Shown here piece after piece: positions 30,527 to 39,393 of a stretch of 64,000 nt of DNA (its first letter is position 1; each line of letters opens with the position of its first letter). Source of the DNA: an uncultured Chloroflexia bacterium. Lineage in GTDB: Bacteria; Chloroflexota; Limnocylindria; Limnocylindrales; CSP1-4. A program made the position numbers and the translations under genes. The stretch is taken from NCBI GenBank assembly GCA_963745405.1, contig CAVUWY010000003.1, forward strand, positions 132,839-196,838. Reading direction: 5' to 3'. The notes below the pieces were generated by a model. That model was not told where the DNA came from, did no database searches, and was given only the letters and a program-made list of their open reading frames with translations.

Positions 30527-30977
30527 GGGTGACCTCCTTGGTCTGCGCGGCTACAGGCGGCCGCGCACCCGGTCACGTTGGCAGGGCAGACCCTGCGGAT
30601 GCGTCATCCCGACTTGCGATGGGATGCCACGAACATTGCGGTCGCGGCGAGAGAGAGGGCGCCTCGACGCGGGACTGAGACTTACGTACCCATCCCGCCT
30701 GTCGCGTGGCTGCAATGACTGTGGCCTTGCAGGCGGCGAGTCCGAGAGCTTCACGGATCCACCATCCAGTCGACCCGATCGAGATCGAAGACAGCATCGG
30801 CGGGCGAACCAAGCGAGCCTCCCTGGAGGCTGTCGCGGTCCGTCCGACCATCCAGAGCCCCGGAGCGGACCCTCACCGCTTCCGGGGCTCGTCCATCCCC
30901 GTCGAGCGAGGATCGGCCCCGCATCTTCGGAAGTCCCAGGCGCACATCAAGGCGAGGTCCAGCCAGGCCCGCGGCCG

Positions 30978-31361
30978 TCAGGACCCCATCGCCTCTTCGG
31001 CGATCACCGCGAGAGCCGCGCTCCGCAGGTCCGCCACCTCGAAGTCACAACGACCGCGGCCGCTGCGCGGGGTGGGACCGCCGGCCACGAGCACCGTACG
31101 GAGACCCGCCTGACGTGGGCCACAGCGTCCTCGCTCGCCGGTGAGGAACCAGGCGGGAGGGTCTTCGGGCGCTGGCGGATCCTCCACCCAGGCCACCCCG
31201 ACGAACGGGACCGCCGTCGGCTGCATGCCAACGGCCACCACCTCGTGGCCGGTCGATCGGAATGTCTCGATCGCCGCCCTGGCATCGGGCACGAGCGCGG
31301 CGGCGGTTTCGCTCCAGCGGAGGAAGAGTGCGGAGCGGTCGAGGTAGACCCTGCCGGCCAT
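30978..31361 (-). CDS. Hypothetical protein, HAD-phosphatase-like fold with a degenerate catalytic motif
   Basis: 'VYLDRSALF' stands in place of the DxDGT motif. 'GHEVVAVG' and 'AGLRTVLVAGG' are present. The resemblance is weak. Confidence 0.3.
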   Translation of the reverse strand: MAGRVYLDRSALFLRWSETAAALVPDARAAIETFRSTGHEVVAVGMQPTAVPFVGVAWVEDPPAPEDPPAWFLTGERGRCGPRQAGLRTVLVAGGPTPRSGRGRCDFEVADLRSAALAVIAEEAMGS

Positions 31362-31452
31362 CAGTCCGCCACCAGCGGCCGACGCTCGAGCGAATGAAGG
31401 ACGCCCATCGCCGATGGCGATGGGCGTCCGGCGGCCCTCGACGGGGACCGGA

Positions 31453-31734
31453 TCAGACGATCCCGCCACCGACCCGTCGCCGCCCCGTGACGGCGTTCAC
31501 GACGAGCACGACGATGACGGCGCCGATCACGGCGGTCACGATCGAGCTGATGTCGAACGCACCATCGATCGGCTTCGTGTTGAAGAGGACCGAGGCGAGG
31601 AATCCGCCGACGAGTGCGCCGACGATGCCCAGCACGATATGACCGATGACGCCGAGGCCTTCGTCCCCCCGGACGAGCAGGCCGGCGAGATACCCGGCGA
31701 TGGCGCCGAGCACGATCCAGGCGATGATGCTCAC
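31453..31734 (-). CDS. GlsB/YeaQ/YmgE-family (transglycosylase-associated) small membrane protein
   Basis: 'IIAWIVLGAIAGYLAGLLV...GVIGHIVLGIVGALVGGFL' is present. The GTG start is preceded by GGAG. Confidence 0.8.
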   Translation of the reverse strand: MSIIAWIVLGAIAGYLAGLLVRGDEGLGVIGHIVLGIVGALVGGFLASVLFNTKPIDGAFDISSIVTAVIGAVIVVLVVNAVTGRRRVGGGIV

Positions 31735-31928
31735 GGTCGATGTCTCCTTGTTCGTTTGCGCCCCGACGGGTGCCGGGCGATGCCCATCCTGTCGAACGAC
31801 CGACCCCGCACCGGCTACAGATCGCGCCCAGGGAGTTGCAACCATCTGACAGCGCTGCAACGGGGCCGCAGCGCTGTCGGCGTCGGCTGTGGACGGCCCG
31901 CAAGCCCCCCAGGGTTAACGTGCCAACG

Positions 31929-33083
31929 ATGATCGAGACCAGCCGACCCCGACCTCCTGTGCCGCGCCGTCCGGATACCCTGGGGTCCGAGCCCGGGCTC
32001 ACCGAGTGGATCCGTCGCGGCGCGGGTTTCGGCACCGGCGTCCTCGTCGTCACGGGAGCGGTCCTGCTCCTCCTCGCGGCCGTGCAGGTGGTCGCCCTCG
32101 TCTTCCTCGCGATCCTATTCGCATCGGGCCTCGCTCCGGTCGTCGACGCGGTGCGAGGCCGGGCTTCCTTCGGCCGGACCGCGAGCGTCGGACTCCTGTT
32201 CGGCCTCCTCGGCGTCCTCGTCGTCGTCATCGGCATCCTCGTGATCCCGACCGCCCTGAGCCAGCTCGATGAGCTCGGCCGGGCAGTGCCCGGGTTGCTC
32301 GCCAGCGCCAGGCAGACGGCCCAGGCCATGCGACCGGAGGCGCTCGGAACGGCGCTGACGTCGCTCATCGACCAGGTGACCAGGGCGACGAGATCCGGCC
32401 CGGCGCCATCCGCGGATGCCGTCGTCGCCGCGGGTTCGGTCGCCGTCGAGATCATCGGATCCATCGCGACGGTCCTGACCCTGACATTCTTCTGGCTCCA
32501 CGAGCGGCCACGCATCCAGCGATTCTTCCTGGCCCTCGCTTCGATCGAGCGACGGGCTGGAGCCCGCTCGGCCTGGAACGACATCGAGGATCGCCTCGGG
32601 GCGTGGGTCCGCGGCCAGCTGGTCCTCATGGGGCTCATGGCCGGTGCGACGACCGTCGCCTACTTCGCCATCGGCCTTCCCTCGGCACTCGTCCTCGGCG
32701 TCATCGCCGGCCTGTTCGAGGCGGTCCCGATCGTCGGTCCGCTTCTCGGTGCGATCCCGGCTCTCGTGGTCGCGACGACCGGCGGCCCGCAACTCGTCCT
32801 CGCCGTCGTCGTCGTCTATGTCGTCGTCCAGCTCCTCGAGTCGAACGTCGTCGTCCCGATCGTCATGCGGAACTCGGTCGGCCTGTCGCCGTTCCTCGTC
32901 CTCGTCAGCCTCCTCATCGGAGCGACGCTCGGTGGGATCCTCGGCGCCTTCGTCGCTGTGCCGATCGCCGCCAGCGCGGAGATCGTGCTCGAACGACTCC
33001 AGGCGCGTGACGTGCCCGTCGCCCTCGAACCCGACGTGGGCGAGGAGGAGCCCCTCGGCGCGGAAGCAGCCGCCGGCGCCTGA
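31929..33083 (+). CDS. AI-2E family transporter (PerM/UPF0118)
   Basis: A multi-TM protein with 'GLFEAVPIVGPLLGAIPA' and 'VVQLLESNVVVPIVM', both typical AI-2E motifs. Confidence 0.85.
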   Translation: MIETSRPRPPVPRRPDTLGSEPGLTEWIRRGAGFGTGVLVVTGAVLLLLAAVQVVALVFLAILFASGLAPVVDAVRGRASFGRTASVGLLFGLLGVLVVVIGILVIPTALSQLDELGRAVPGLLASARQTAQAMRPEALGTALTSLIDQVTRATRSGPAPSADAVVAAGSVAVEIIGSIATVLTLTFFWLHERPRIQRFFLALASIERRAGARSAWNDIEDRLGAWVRGQLVLMGLMAGATTVAYFAIGLPSALVLGVIAGLFEAVPIVGPLLGAIPALVVATTGGPQLVLAVVVVYVVVQLLESNVVVPIVMRNSVGLSPFLVLVSLLIGATLGGILGAFVAVPIAASAEIVLERLQARDVPVALEPDVGEEEPLGAEAAAGA

Positions 33084-33092
33084 GGGACATGA

Positions 33093-33127
33093 AGAGATCG
33101 GCGGTCGCGCGGCGACCGCCGATCTCT
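33093..33127. terminator. Perfect 16-bp-stem hairpin between convergent genes (candidate bidirectional terminator)
   Basis: AGAGATCGGCGGTCGC-gcg-GCGACCGCCGATCTCT lies 10 nt after the AI-2E stop. There is no clear U-tract. Confidence 0.45.
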
Positions 33128-33213
33128 GCGTCTTCCAGACCTGGTCCGGACGTTCGAGTGGTTCGCATCGCCCGCGGACACTCGCCCGTCAGGCGGCGCC
33201 GGCGCTCATCGGA

Positions 33214-33378
33214 TCAGGACGCCGATGGCGAGGCCGCGGGCGACTCGGCGGGTGCCGAGGCCGGGGCGGACGCGGGCGCTTCCGTCGGGAGCGGCGCGAC
33301 CGACGGGGTCGGCGTGGAGGCCGGGCTGCAGGCGACCGCGGCCGCTGCGATGGCGATGACCAAGATGATCCGCTTCAT
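33214..33378 (-). CDS. Small putative lipoprotein (54 aa)
   Basis: 'MKRIILVIAIAAAAVAC' is a signal peptide with a lipobox Cys, followed by a Pro/Ala/Ser-rich tail. GAGGGG lies upstream of the ATG. Confidence 0.5.
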   Translation of the reverse strand: MKRIILVIAIAAAAVACSPASTPTPSVAPLPTEAPASAPASAPAESPAASPSAS

Positions 33379-33679
33379 GGATGTCCCCTCGTTCGGATGC
33401 AGTGCCCGGCAGTCGCAGACTGCGGGGACGCCATCCTCTCGCGCCATGCATCGCCGACGAGATACCCGACCAGCGACGTCGGCTCACGGCGGCGTTGCAA
33501 AGATCCACCCCGGGGAACGTGCGCACGACCGCGGTCCGGCACTGCGATATCGATGCAACGGCGCGGCGTGACGCGCTGATCCGTCGGTGGGCCTGTATTC
33601 GTCACGCTGACCGCGGGCGGACCCGTGCCGTCGTCCCCTCCAGGGCCGCACGGACTGCACTCTACGGACGGACGACTAC

Positions 33680-34771
33680 GTGACGACGACCTCGAAGCAG
33701 CCTGGCCGTTCTGACACGGCACCCGATCCGGAGGCCGGCCGTTCCCGCGGATCGCGGGCAGGTACGAGCGGCGCGGCTCGGCGCACTCGAGCGCACGAGC
33801 CCGTCATCCGCGTCCGCCTCTTCGATTCGGACCGGACCGACGAGGAGCTCGAGTTGGAGCCGGCCCTCCGTCGTCGCGTCAGCGACCGCCAGCTCCTCTG
33901 GATCGACCTCGAGGGTCCCCCCGGTGACGAGATCCAGCAGGCGATCGCAAAGCGGATGGATCTCAGCCCGACGACGCGCCGCGCGCTCGGGATCCCCGGT
34001 CATGCCGCGCACATGGCGCTCCACGGGACGTACTTCCACGTCCGGGTCGCCACGGAGGCGGATCACGAGCCGAGCGAGAACCCCCGCTGGCTGGACCTTG
34101 TGGCCGCCGGGAACGTCGTCCTGACGAGCCACGCCGCGCCGATCCCCTTCCTCCAGGATCTCGACGACCGGATCGAAGCCGACGCCACGGTCGGCGTCAT
34201 CGACGCTCCTGCATTCGTCGCGACGGCCCTTGACGCGGCCGTCACGAGCTACTTCAAGTCGGTCGACGACATCGAGGCGGAGGTCGACCGCCTCGACCGG
34301 CGCGCGCTGAGCCGTCAGCCCGGGGACGATGTCCTCGCCGATCTCGTTGCACTGAGACGGCGTATCGGGCGTCTGCGACGCGTGCTCAGTGACGAGCGCG
34401 AGGTATTCGCAGCCTTCCGCGCGGCGGACTTCGGCGCGGTGGCGCCCGACGAGGACAGCGCCGCGTTCCAGGCGCTCGCGGACCGCTTCGAGTCGGCCCT
34501 CGGAAGCGTCGAGGACAGCCGTGACCTCCTCCTCGGCTCGTTCGACATCTTCATGACGAGGACCGCCCAACGGACGAACGACGTGATGAAGATCCTCGCT
34601 CTGGCGACTGTCCTCCTCCTGCCTGGATCGCTGATCGCCGGCCTCCTCGGGATGAACGTGACGGTCCCGCTGTCGAAGGACGACCCATCGAGCTTCTGGA
34701 TCGTCGTCGGCGCGATCGTCGTGCTCGCGATCGCCGTGCTCGTACTCGCCCGGTTTCGCCGGTGGATCTGA
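33680..34771 (+). CDS. corA: CorA-family magnesium/cobalt transporter
   Basis: The C-terminus has two TMs and the 'LLGMNV' GMN motif. The start is uncertain. Confidence 0.85.
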   Translation: MTTTSKQPGRSDTAPDPEAGRSRGSRAGTSGAARRTRAHEPVIRVRLFDSDRTDEELELEPALRRRVSDRQLLWIDLEGPPGDEIQQAIAKRMDLSPTTRRALGIPGHAAHMALHGTYFHVRVATEADHEPSENPRWLDLVAAGNVVLTSHAAPIPFLQDLDDRIEADATVGVIDAPAFVATALDAAVTSYFKSVDDIEAEVDRLDRRALSRQPGDDVLADLVALRRRIGRLRRVLSDEREVFAAFRAADFGAVAPDEDSAAFQALADRFESALGSVEDSRDLLLGSFDIFMTRTAQRTNDVMKILALATVLLLPGSLIAGLLGMNVTVPLSKDDPSSFWIVVGAIVVLAIAVLVLARFRRWI

Positions 34772-36492
34772 CGGGAGGCAGGCAACGACATGCGGCGGCC
34801 GGCCACCCGGCGACGGCGCTCGTGCTGGGCCCGCTCCTTCGGCACGTCGGCGAACGAGACGCTACGATCTGGCTCGAGACGTCGACGACCTGTGCGGTCA
34901 CCATCCGCGTCGCCGGCCTGACCGCGACCGAGAGGACGTTCGAGGTCGCCGGACACCACTACGCGATCGTCGCCCTGTCCGGCCTCGACCCAGCCTCCTC
35001 GAGCGAGTACGCCGTCGACCTCGACGGCAGCCCGGTCTGGCCGCTTCCGGACTCGCCGTTCCCGCCGAGCCGGATCCGGACGCTCGCTCCGACGACGGGC
35101 GCGGTCCGCCTCCTCTTCGGCTCATGCCGGGAGCCGGGGGACGAACCTGGTCGGGCCGGCTCCGATCCCGACGTCCTGAGCGTCTATGCGATGCGGATGG
35201 CCAGCCAGGCGCACGAGACGTGGCCGGACCTACTCGTGATGATGGGGGATCAGGTCTACGCGGACGATCCGTCGCCAGCGATGCGTCGCTTCATCCGCGA
35301 CCGACGCGCCCACAGACCGGGCCCGCGAGACGAGGTCGTCGACTACGAGGAGTACGCGGCCCTATACGCGGAGGCCTGGGGCAGACCGGAGATCCGATGG
35401 CTCCTGTCGACCCTGCCGAGCGCGATGATCTTCGACGACCACGATGTCCGGGACGACTGGAACACATCACACGCCTGGCGCGAGGACATGCAGGCTACCG
35501 AGTGGTGGGAGGAGCGCATCACGGCGGCGCTCATGTCGTACTGGGTCTACCAGCATCTCGGCAACCTCTCGCCCGGCGAGCTGTGCACGGACGCGACGCT
35601 CGCCGCCGTTCGCGCTGCCCGAGATGGCGCCGATGTTCTCCGATGCTTCGCGCAGGCGGCGGATCGCGAGGCCGACGGTGCCAAGGGCACGATGTGGTCG
35701 TTCCGCCGCGACCTCGGACGGGTCCGGTTGCTCGTGATCGACTCGCGGTGCGGACGCATCCTCGCCAACGGGAGCCGCTCGATGGTCGCCGGGGATGAGT
35801 TTCGGTGGATCGAGGAACAGGTGGAGGATGGCGCGTACGACCACCTCGTGGTCGGTACCTCGCTGCCATGGCTGCTCCCACGAGCGCTCCACGACATCGA
35901 ATCGTGGGACGAGGCGATCAGTGATGGGACCCGGGGCCGCACCATGGCCCGCTTCGGCGAGTGGCTGCGCCGGGCGGTCGACCTCGAGCACTGGGCGGCA
36001 TTCCGCGAGTCGTTCGACCAGTTGAGCGAGCTCTTCGGTCGGGTCGGCCGGGGAACCGGCGGCGAAGTCGCACCGGCGACGATCTGCGTCCTGTCCGGCG
36101 ATGTCCACCACAGTTACGTGGCAGAGGCCGTGTACCCCGAGCCCATCACATCGAGGGTCTACCAGATCACCTGCTCGCCGATGCACAACACGATCCCCCG
36201 GGCGATGCGGTTCGTGTTCCGCCTCGGCTGGAGCACCCGGGCTGCCCGCGCGACGAGGGTTCTCGGCCGGCGGTTCGGTGTCCCGGCGCTCCCGATCGAG
36301 TGGCATCACCCGGCAGGGCCTCAGTTCGGCAACGAGCTCGCCCTGCTCGCATTCGATGGCCGTTCGGCGAGCGTGACATTCGAACGAGCGCTGCCGGCGC
36401 CGGCGCTCCTACCCGGCGAACAGCGGGGACTGCGCGACGAAGGCCTGGCCGTCGCCACCGAGCTCTCGCTGACCGCGACCGAGAGCCGCTGA
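34762..36492 (+). CDS. PhoD-like / metallophosphoesterase-type phosphatase
   Basis: 'LVMMGDQVYAD', 'IFDDHDVRDDW' and 'VLSGDVHHSY' are metallophosphatase motifs, and the N-terminus is a PhoD_N-like beta domain. Confidence 0.75.
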   Translation: MDLTGGRQRHAAAGHPATALVLGPLLRHVGERDATIWLETSTTCAVTIRVAGLTATERTFEVAGHHYAIVALSGLDPASSSEYAVDLDGSPVWPLPDSPFPPSRIRTLAPTTGAVRLLFGSCREPGDEPGRAGSDPDVLSVYAMRMASQAHETWPDLLVMMGDQVYADDPSPAMRRFIRDRRAHRPGPRDEVVDYEEYAALYAEAWGRPEIRWLLSTLPSAMIFDDHDVRDDWNTSHAWREDMQATEWWEERITAALMSYWVYQHLGNLSPGELCTDATLAAVRAARDGADVLRCFAQAADREADGAKGTMWSFRRDLGRVRLLVIDSRCGRILANGSRSMVAGDEFRWIEEQVEDGAYDHLVVGTSLPWLLPRALHDIESWDEAISDGTRGRTMARFGEWLRRAVDLEHWAAFRESFDQLSELFGRVGRGTGGEVAPATICVLSGDVHHSYVAEAVYPEPITSRVYQITCSPMHNTIPRAMRFVFRLGWSTRAARATRVLGRRFGVPALPIEWHHPAGPQFGNELALLAFDGRSASVTFERALPAPALLPGEQRGLRDEGLAVATELSLTATESR

Positions 36493-37091
36493 GGCACTCG
36501 ACTTCAGGCAGTGAGGCGTCGTGTTCATGTAATGGGAGATGGCTCACGGTCACCTCTCGACGCACGGTCCGGCCGGTAGGGTGAAGCCGAAAGAAGCCGC
36601 TCAGGATCATCCGATGCCGTCACTCATCAAGATCGGCCGCCTCGTCCGGATCGCCACCCTGCCCGAGACGCGCCGCGCGGTCGTCGCAGCTGCGAGATCC
36701 GAGAGCCTGCGTGACATCGCCCGGCGTGCGGCCACCGATCGGGCGGCGCTGGCTCGGGATCTCATGAACCCGGCCAACGCGCGAGAGGTGTTTCGCTCCG
36801 CCTTGCGCCATCCGGCGAGTCGCGAGCTCGGCAGCGCCAGCCTGTTGTTCATGCCCGGCCGCTACGTCGGGCTGGGCTGGGTGGCGGGCTGGGCCGCGGA
36901 TCGAAATCATCCGCAAGTACGTCGATCCGCCGGTCGATGTACCCGACCCACCGGCTTTCGATCGGCCGCTCAGGAACGTGACGCCGGGATCTGGCGACGA
37001 TCGGGTGGGGCAGCGACCGGGCGAGCGACCGCCCGAGACGCGTCCGCGGTGAGGTCCGACGAGCCGGCCCTCGCACGACCTCCCTCGACCA

Positions 37092-37202
37092 CAGAAGGGC
37101 TGGAGCGACAAGCGCGAACGCCAGTACGAGCACATCAAGGACAGCTGCGAGGATCGCGGCCTCGGCGAGGACGAGACCGAGGAGTACTCGCCGAGGGACC
37201 TC
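37092..37202 (+). pseudogene. N-terminal fragment of a 'plasmid stabilization / Rho_N-domain' type small protein, with no start codon
   Basis: 'QKGWSDKRERQYEHIKDSCEDRGLGEDETEE' resembles the conserved N-terminus W-S-x-K-x-ERQYEHIK-x-S...G-x-SED-x-AEE. The frame opens after a TGA at 37050 and has no ATG, GTG or TTG before the motif. Similarity is lost after about 35 aa. Confidence 0.45.
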
Positions 37203-37280
37203 GTGGCTCAGGCCGCCCCGGCCGAGGATCGACGGCCTCGATCCGCCTGCTCGAGGAGGCCGTCGCGGTCATCCCGTCAC

Positions 37281-37365
37281 GGCTTCCAACAGGTCTACCT
37301 GCACCAGGTCGGGCCCGATCAAGCCGGATTCTTCGACTTCGCCGGGCGTGAGCTCCTCGGTCGAT
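37281..37365 (+). pseudogene. C-terminal fragment of an LLM-class F420-dependent oxidoreductase, a diverged paralog of 60075..61082
   Basis: 'GFQQVYLHQVGPDQAGFFDFAGRELLGR' compares with 'GFDHVYLHQVGPDQAGLLEFAGRELVRR' at the end of the intact gene. The rest of the gene is absent. Confidence 0.6.
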
Positions 37366-37582
37366 CGATCCCGGCGGGGGAGCGGCCCGCTGATCGCCCG
37401 GGCGCCATCGTCGGCGAGACCCTGTGCTGGCGGGGCCTGAGTTGCCGGGCCCCACCGCGCCACCGGCGCCGACTGCCGCGAATCTGCAAGGCGCCGGTGA
37501 TGCGGCCGTTGAGCCCGCCGCCGGTGGCGGTCGCTAGCGTTAGCCGGAGCCCACCCGAGCGTGGGGCCAGTGTGAGGTACGA

Positions 37583-38698
37583 ATGACCGCCATCGTGTCC
37601 CTGTTCGGGATCATCGGCCGGTTCGCCGGCGATCTCCTGACCGCCGCGACCGGTTGGGCCGGCACCCTCATGTTCGGGCGCGTCCCGCAGAGTCATCGAC
37701 GCTACCTCGCTGCGATGATGAGCGGCTCGGTGCTGTGGGCCATCCTCGTCCTCGGGTTCCTCGTGCCGGGCCTGGCGGCCTGGAGCCTGTCCACCACTCC
37801 CCATCCGTCGTTCATCACCAGCTCGTGGCTGACCTTCGTCGTCACGCTCGGGGTGATCGTCGTGCCGCTCGGCGTCGGCGCGGCCGCGCACCTCGCGCCG
37901 GCCGACGGCAAGCGCGCCGGCGGCATCCGCGGTGCCGTCGAGGTTTCCCGCGGGTACCTGCTCACGCCCGTGATCGCCGGCCTGCTCGTGTTCCTCGCCG
38001 GTGTCGGCATCGTGCGCAAGGCGCGGAGCACTCGACACGGCTGGTCCGATACCCATATCCCGATCGTCGTTCCGCCCGATGGCTACGACGACACCGTCGC
38101 CACGATTCACGACGCCTTGACCGCGGCGGGGATGCCGCTGCAGGTCGAAGTCGCCTCGCGGGTGCTCAGCCTGCCCGGGTGGGTGCTCACCCACCTAGCC
38201 GGGCCGAACGTACGGCACCTTCGGCCCGATCGCCTCATGGAGCTGTGCGGCACCGACGTCCGGGTCGGGATCTATCCGTCCGACGTCGCCGTCTCGGCGA
38301 CGGCCGAGCTGCGGACGCCGATCAGGGCGACGATCGTGGCCGCCCTGGCGCGCGCGGACGCCCATTTGACGACGAGCGCCGAATCCCAGAAGGTCGAAGA
38401 CCGGCTCAAGAAGGTCATGGTCGCGGCCTCGGACAGCCGCCCGCCGGCCTATGAGCCGTCGGCGATCGCCGCTATCGACGCCACGTTGCTCGCGCTCGAG
38501 GTACCCGATGAGGAGTGGGACGTCCTCTACCGACTCCGGCTCCAGGCAGAACGCGACCTGCTGCGACGGGCCTTCGGCGGGATGACGGCGGTCGCTTCTC
38601 TGCACACGGAGGCGCCGCTGCCCGCGGCCATCGTCGAGCGGTCCGACGAGATCGGCTCCCGCCGCGAGCCGCATGTGGCCCAGGTGCCGGCGCTGTGA
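37583..38698 (+). CDS. Hypothetical membrane protein (N-terminal multi-TM region plus a soluble C-terminal domain), first gene of a coupled operon
   Basis: GAGG Shine-Dalgarno sequence, about 5 hydrophobic segments, and a stop overlapping the next start as GTGA. Confidence 0.55.
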   Translation: MTAIVSLFGIIGRFAGDLLTAATGWAGTLMFGRVPQSHRRYLAAMMSGSVLWAILVLGFLVPGLAAWSLSTTPHPSFITSSWLTFVVTLGVIVVPLGVGAAAHLAPADGKRAGGIRGAVEVSRGYLLTPVIAGLLVFLAGVGIVRKARSTRHGWSDTHIPIVVPPDGYDDTVATIHDALTAAGMPLQVEVASRVLSLPGWVLTHLAGPNVRHLRPDRLMELCGTDVRVGIYPSDVAVSATAELRTPIRATIVAALARADAHLTTSAESQKVEDRLKKVMVAASDSRPPAYEPSAIAAIDATLLALEVPDEEWDVLYRLRLQAERDLLRRAFGGMTAVASLHTEAPLPAAIVERSDEIGSRREPHVAQVPAL

Positions 38699-39393
38699 GC
38701 GCGACACCGATCCCGGCCGGCGAACGGCCGGGGCGCGCCATCAGCGCGGGCTCAGCGACGATCGCCTGGCCGATCCTCGCGATCCTCGGCCTCGCCGGGT
38801 TCGTCGCGCTGACGCTGTCGCTCGCCGGTGGCACCGTCTTCCCATTCGACAGGCCGCTCGTGGACTTCGCGCATGCGTGGGCGGGTCCGGCGATCATCTG
38901 GCAGGCGGTGTCGCAGTCGGCGAATATCCCACTCATCGTGATCGGCGTCGGCTTCGTCGCCTGGCTGCTGTGGCACCGCCGCTACCGTGAGGCGCTCCTC
39001 GTCATCGCCGTCCTCGTCGCCGTGACGGCGGGCAGCGAGGGCGTGAAGCAGCTGACGGCCCGCCAGCGCCCGACCGGCAACGGCGACGGGATCCCCGGCG
39101 TTGTGTACAGCTACCCATCCGGCCACATCCTCGAGTGCCTCACCATCCTCGGCATGATCGCGCTGCGTTTCTGGCGGACGACGAGCCACCGTCGGCTCGC
39201 CGTGCTCCTCGTCGCGCTCGTCGTGATCGAGGTCGTGCTCGTCGGCATCGCCCGCGTGGCGCTGCAGGAGCACTACCCGACGGATCTGCTCGGCGGCCTG
39301 CTCGGCGGGATCGGTGCGCTCGGCCTCTACGCCTGGTTCACCCGGCCCGGCGGGTGGGCGGACCGGCCTCCGTTGCGGACGAGGACGACATGA
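38695..39393 (+). CDS. PAP2-superfamily phosphatase (membrane)
   Basis: The PAP2 motifs are 'KQLTARQRP', 'YPSGH' and 'ARVALQEHYPTD'. Confidence 0.8.
   Translation: MSATPIPAGERPGRAISAGSATIAWPILAILGLAGFVALTLSLAGGTVFPFDRPLVDFAHAWAGPAIIWQAVSQSANIPLIVIGVGFVAWLLWHRRYREALLVIAVLVAVTAGSEGVKQLTARQRPTGNGDGIPGVVYSYPSGHILECLTILGMIALRFWRTTSHRRLAVLLVALVVIEVVLVGIARVALQEHYPTDLLGGLLGGIGALGLYAWFTRPGGWADRPPLRTRTT

Noticed and set aside
30527-30977. RNase P RNA, tmRNA, SRP RNA, a TPP riboswitch (a 'CTGAGA' occurs at about 30675) or a cobalamin riboswitch in the 450-bp gap.
   Set aside because: Several hallmark elements were absent on both strands. These are GGAAAGTCCGG/ACAGAA for RNase P, a tRNA-like 3' end for tmRNA, GGAAGCAGCC for SRP RNA, ACCTGATCTGGATAATGCCAGCG for TPP, and the B12 box. 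The CTGAGA is on the strand with no downstream gene.
25991-31400. A genomic island integrated at the tRNA-Leu/Leu/Val cluster, and likewise downstream of tRNA-Cys at 54256.
   Set aside because: I found no integrase or recombinase gene, no direct repeat of a tRNA 3' end downstream, and no phage or conjugation genes. The regions simply contain small accessory ORFs.
36614-37351. The 246-codon ORF from Met 36614, considered as an intact gene.
   Set aside because: Coding character is lost after about 100 codons, when it becomes Arg/Gly/Ser-rich. It also overlaps fragments that read better in other frames. It is treated as part of a decayed region.
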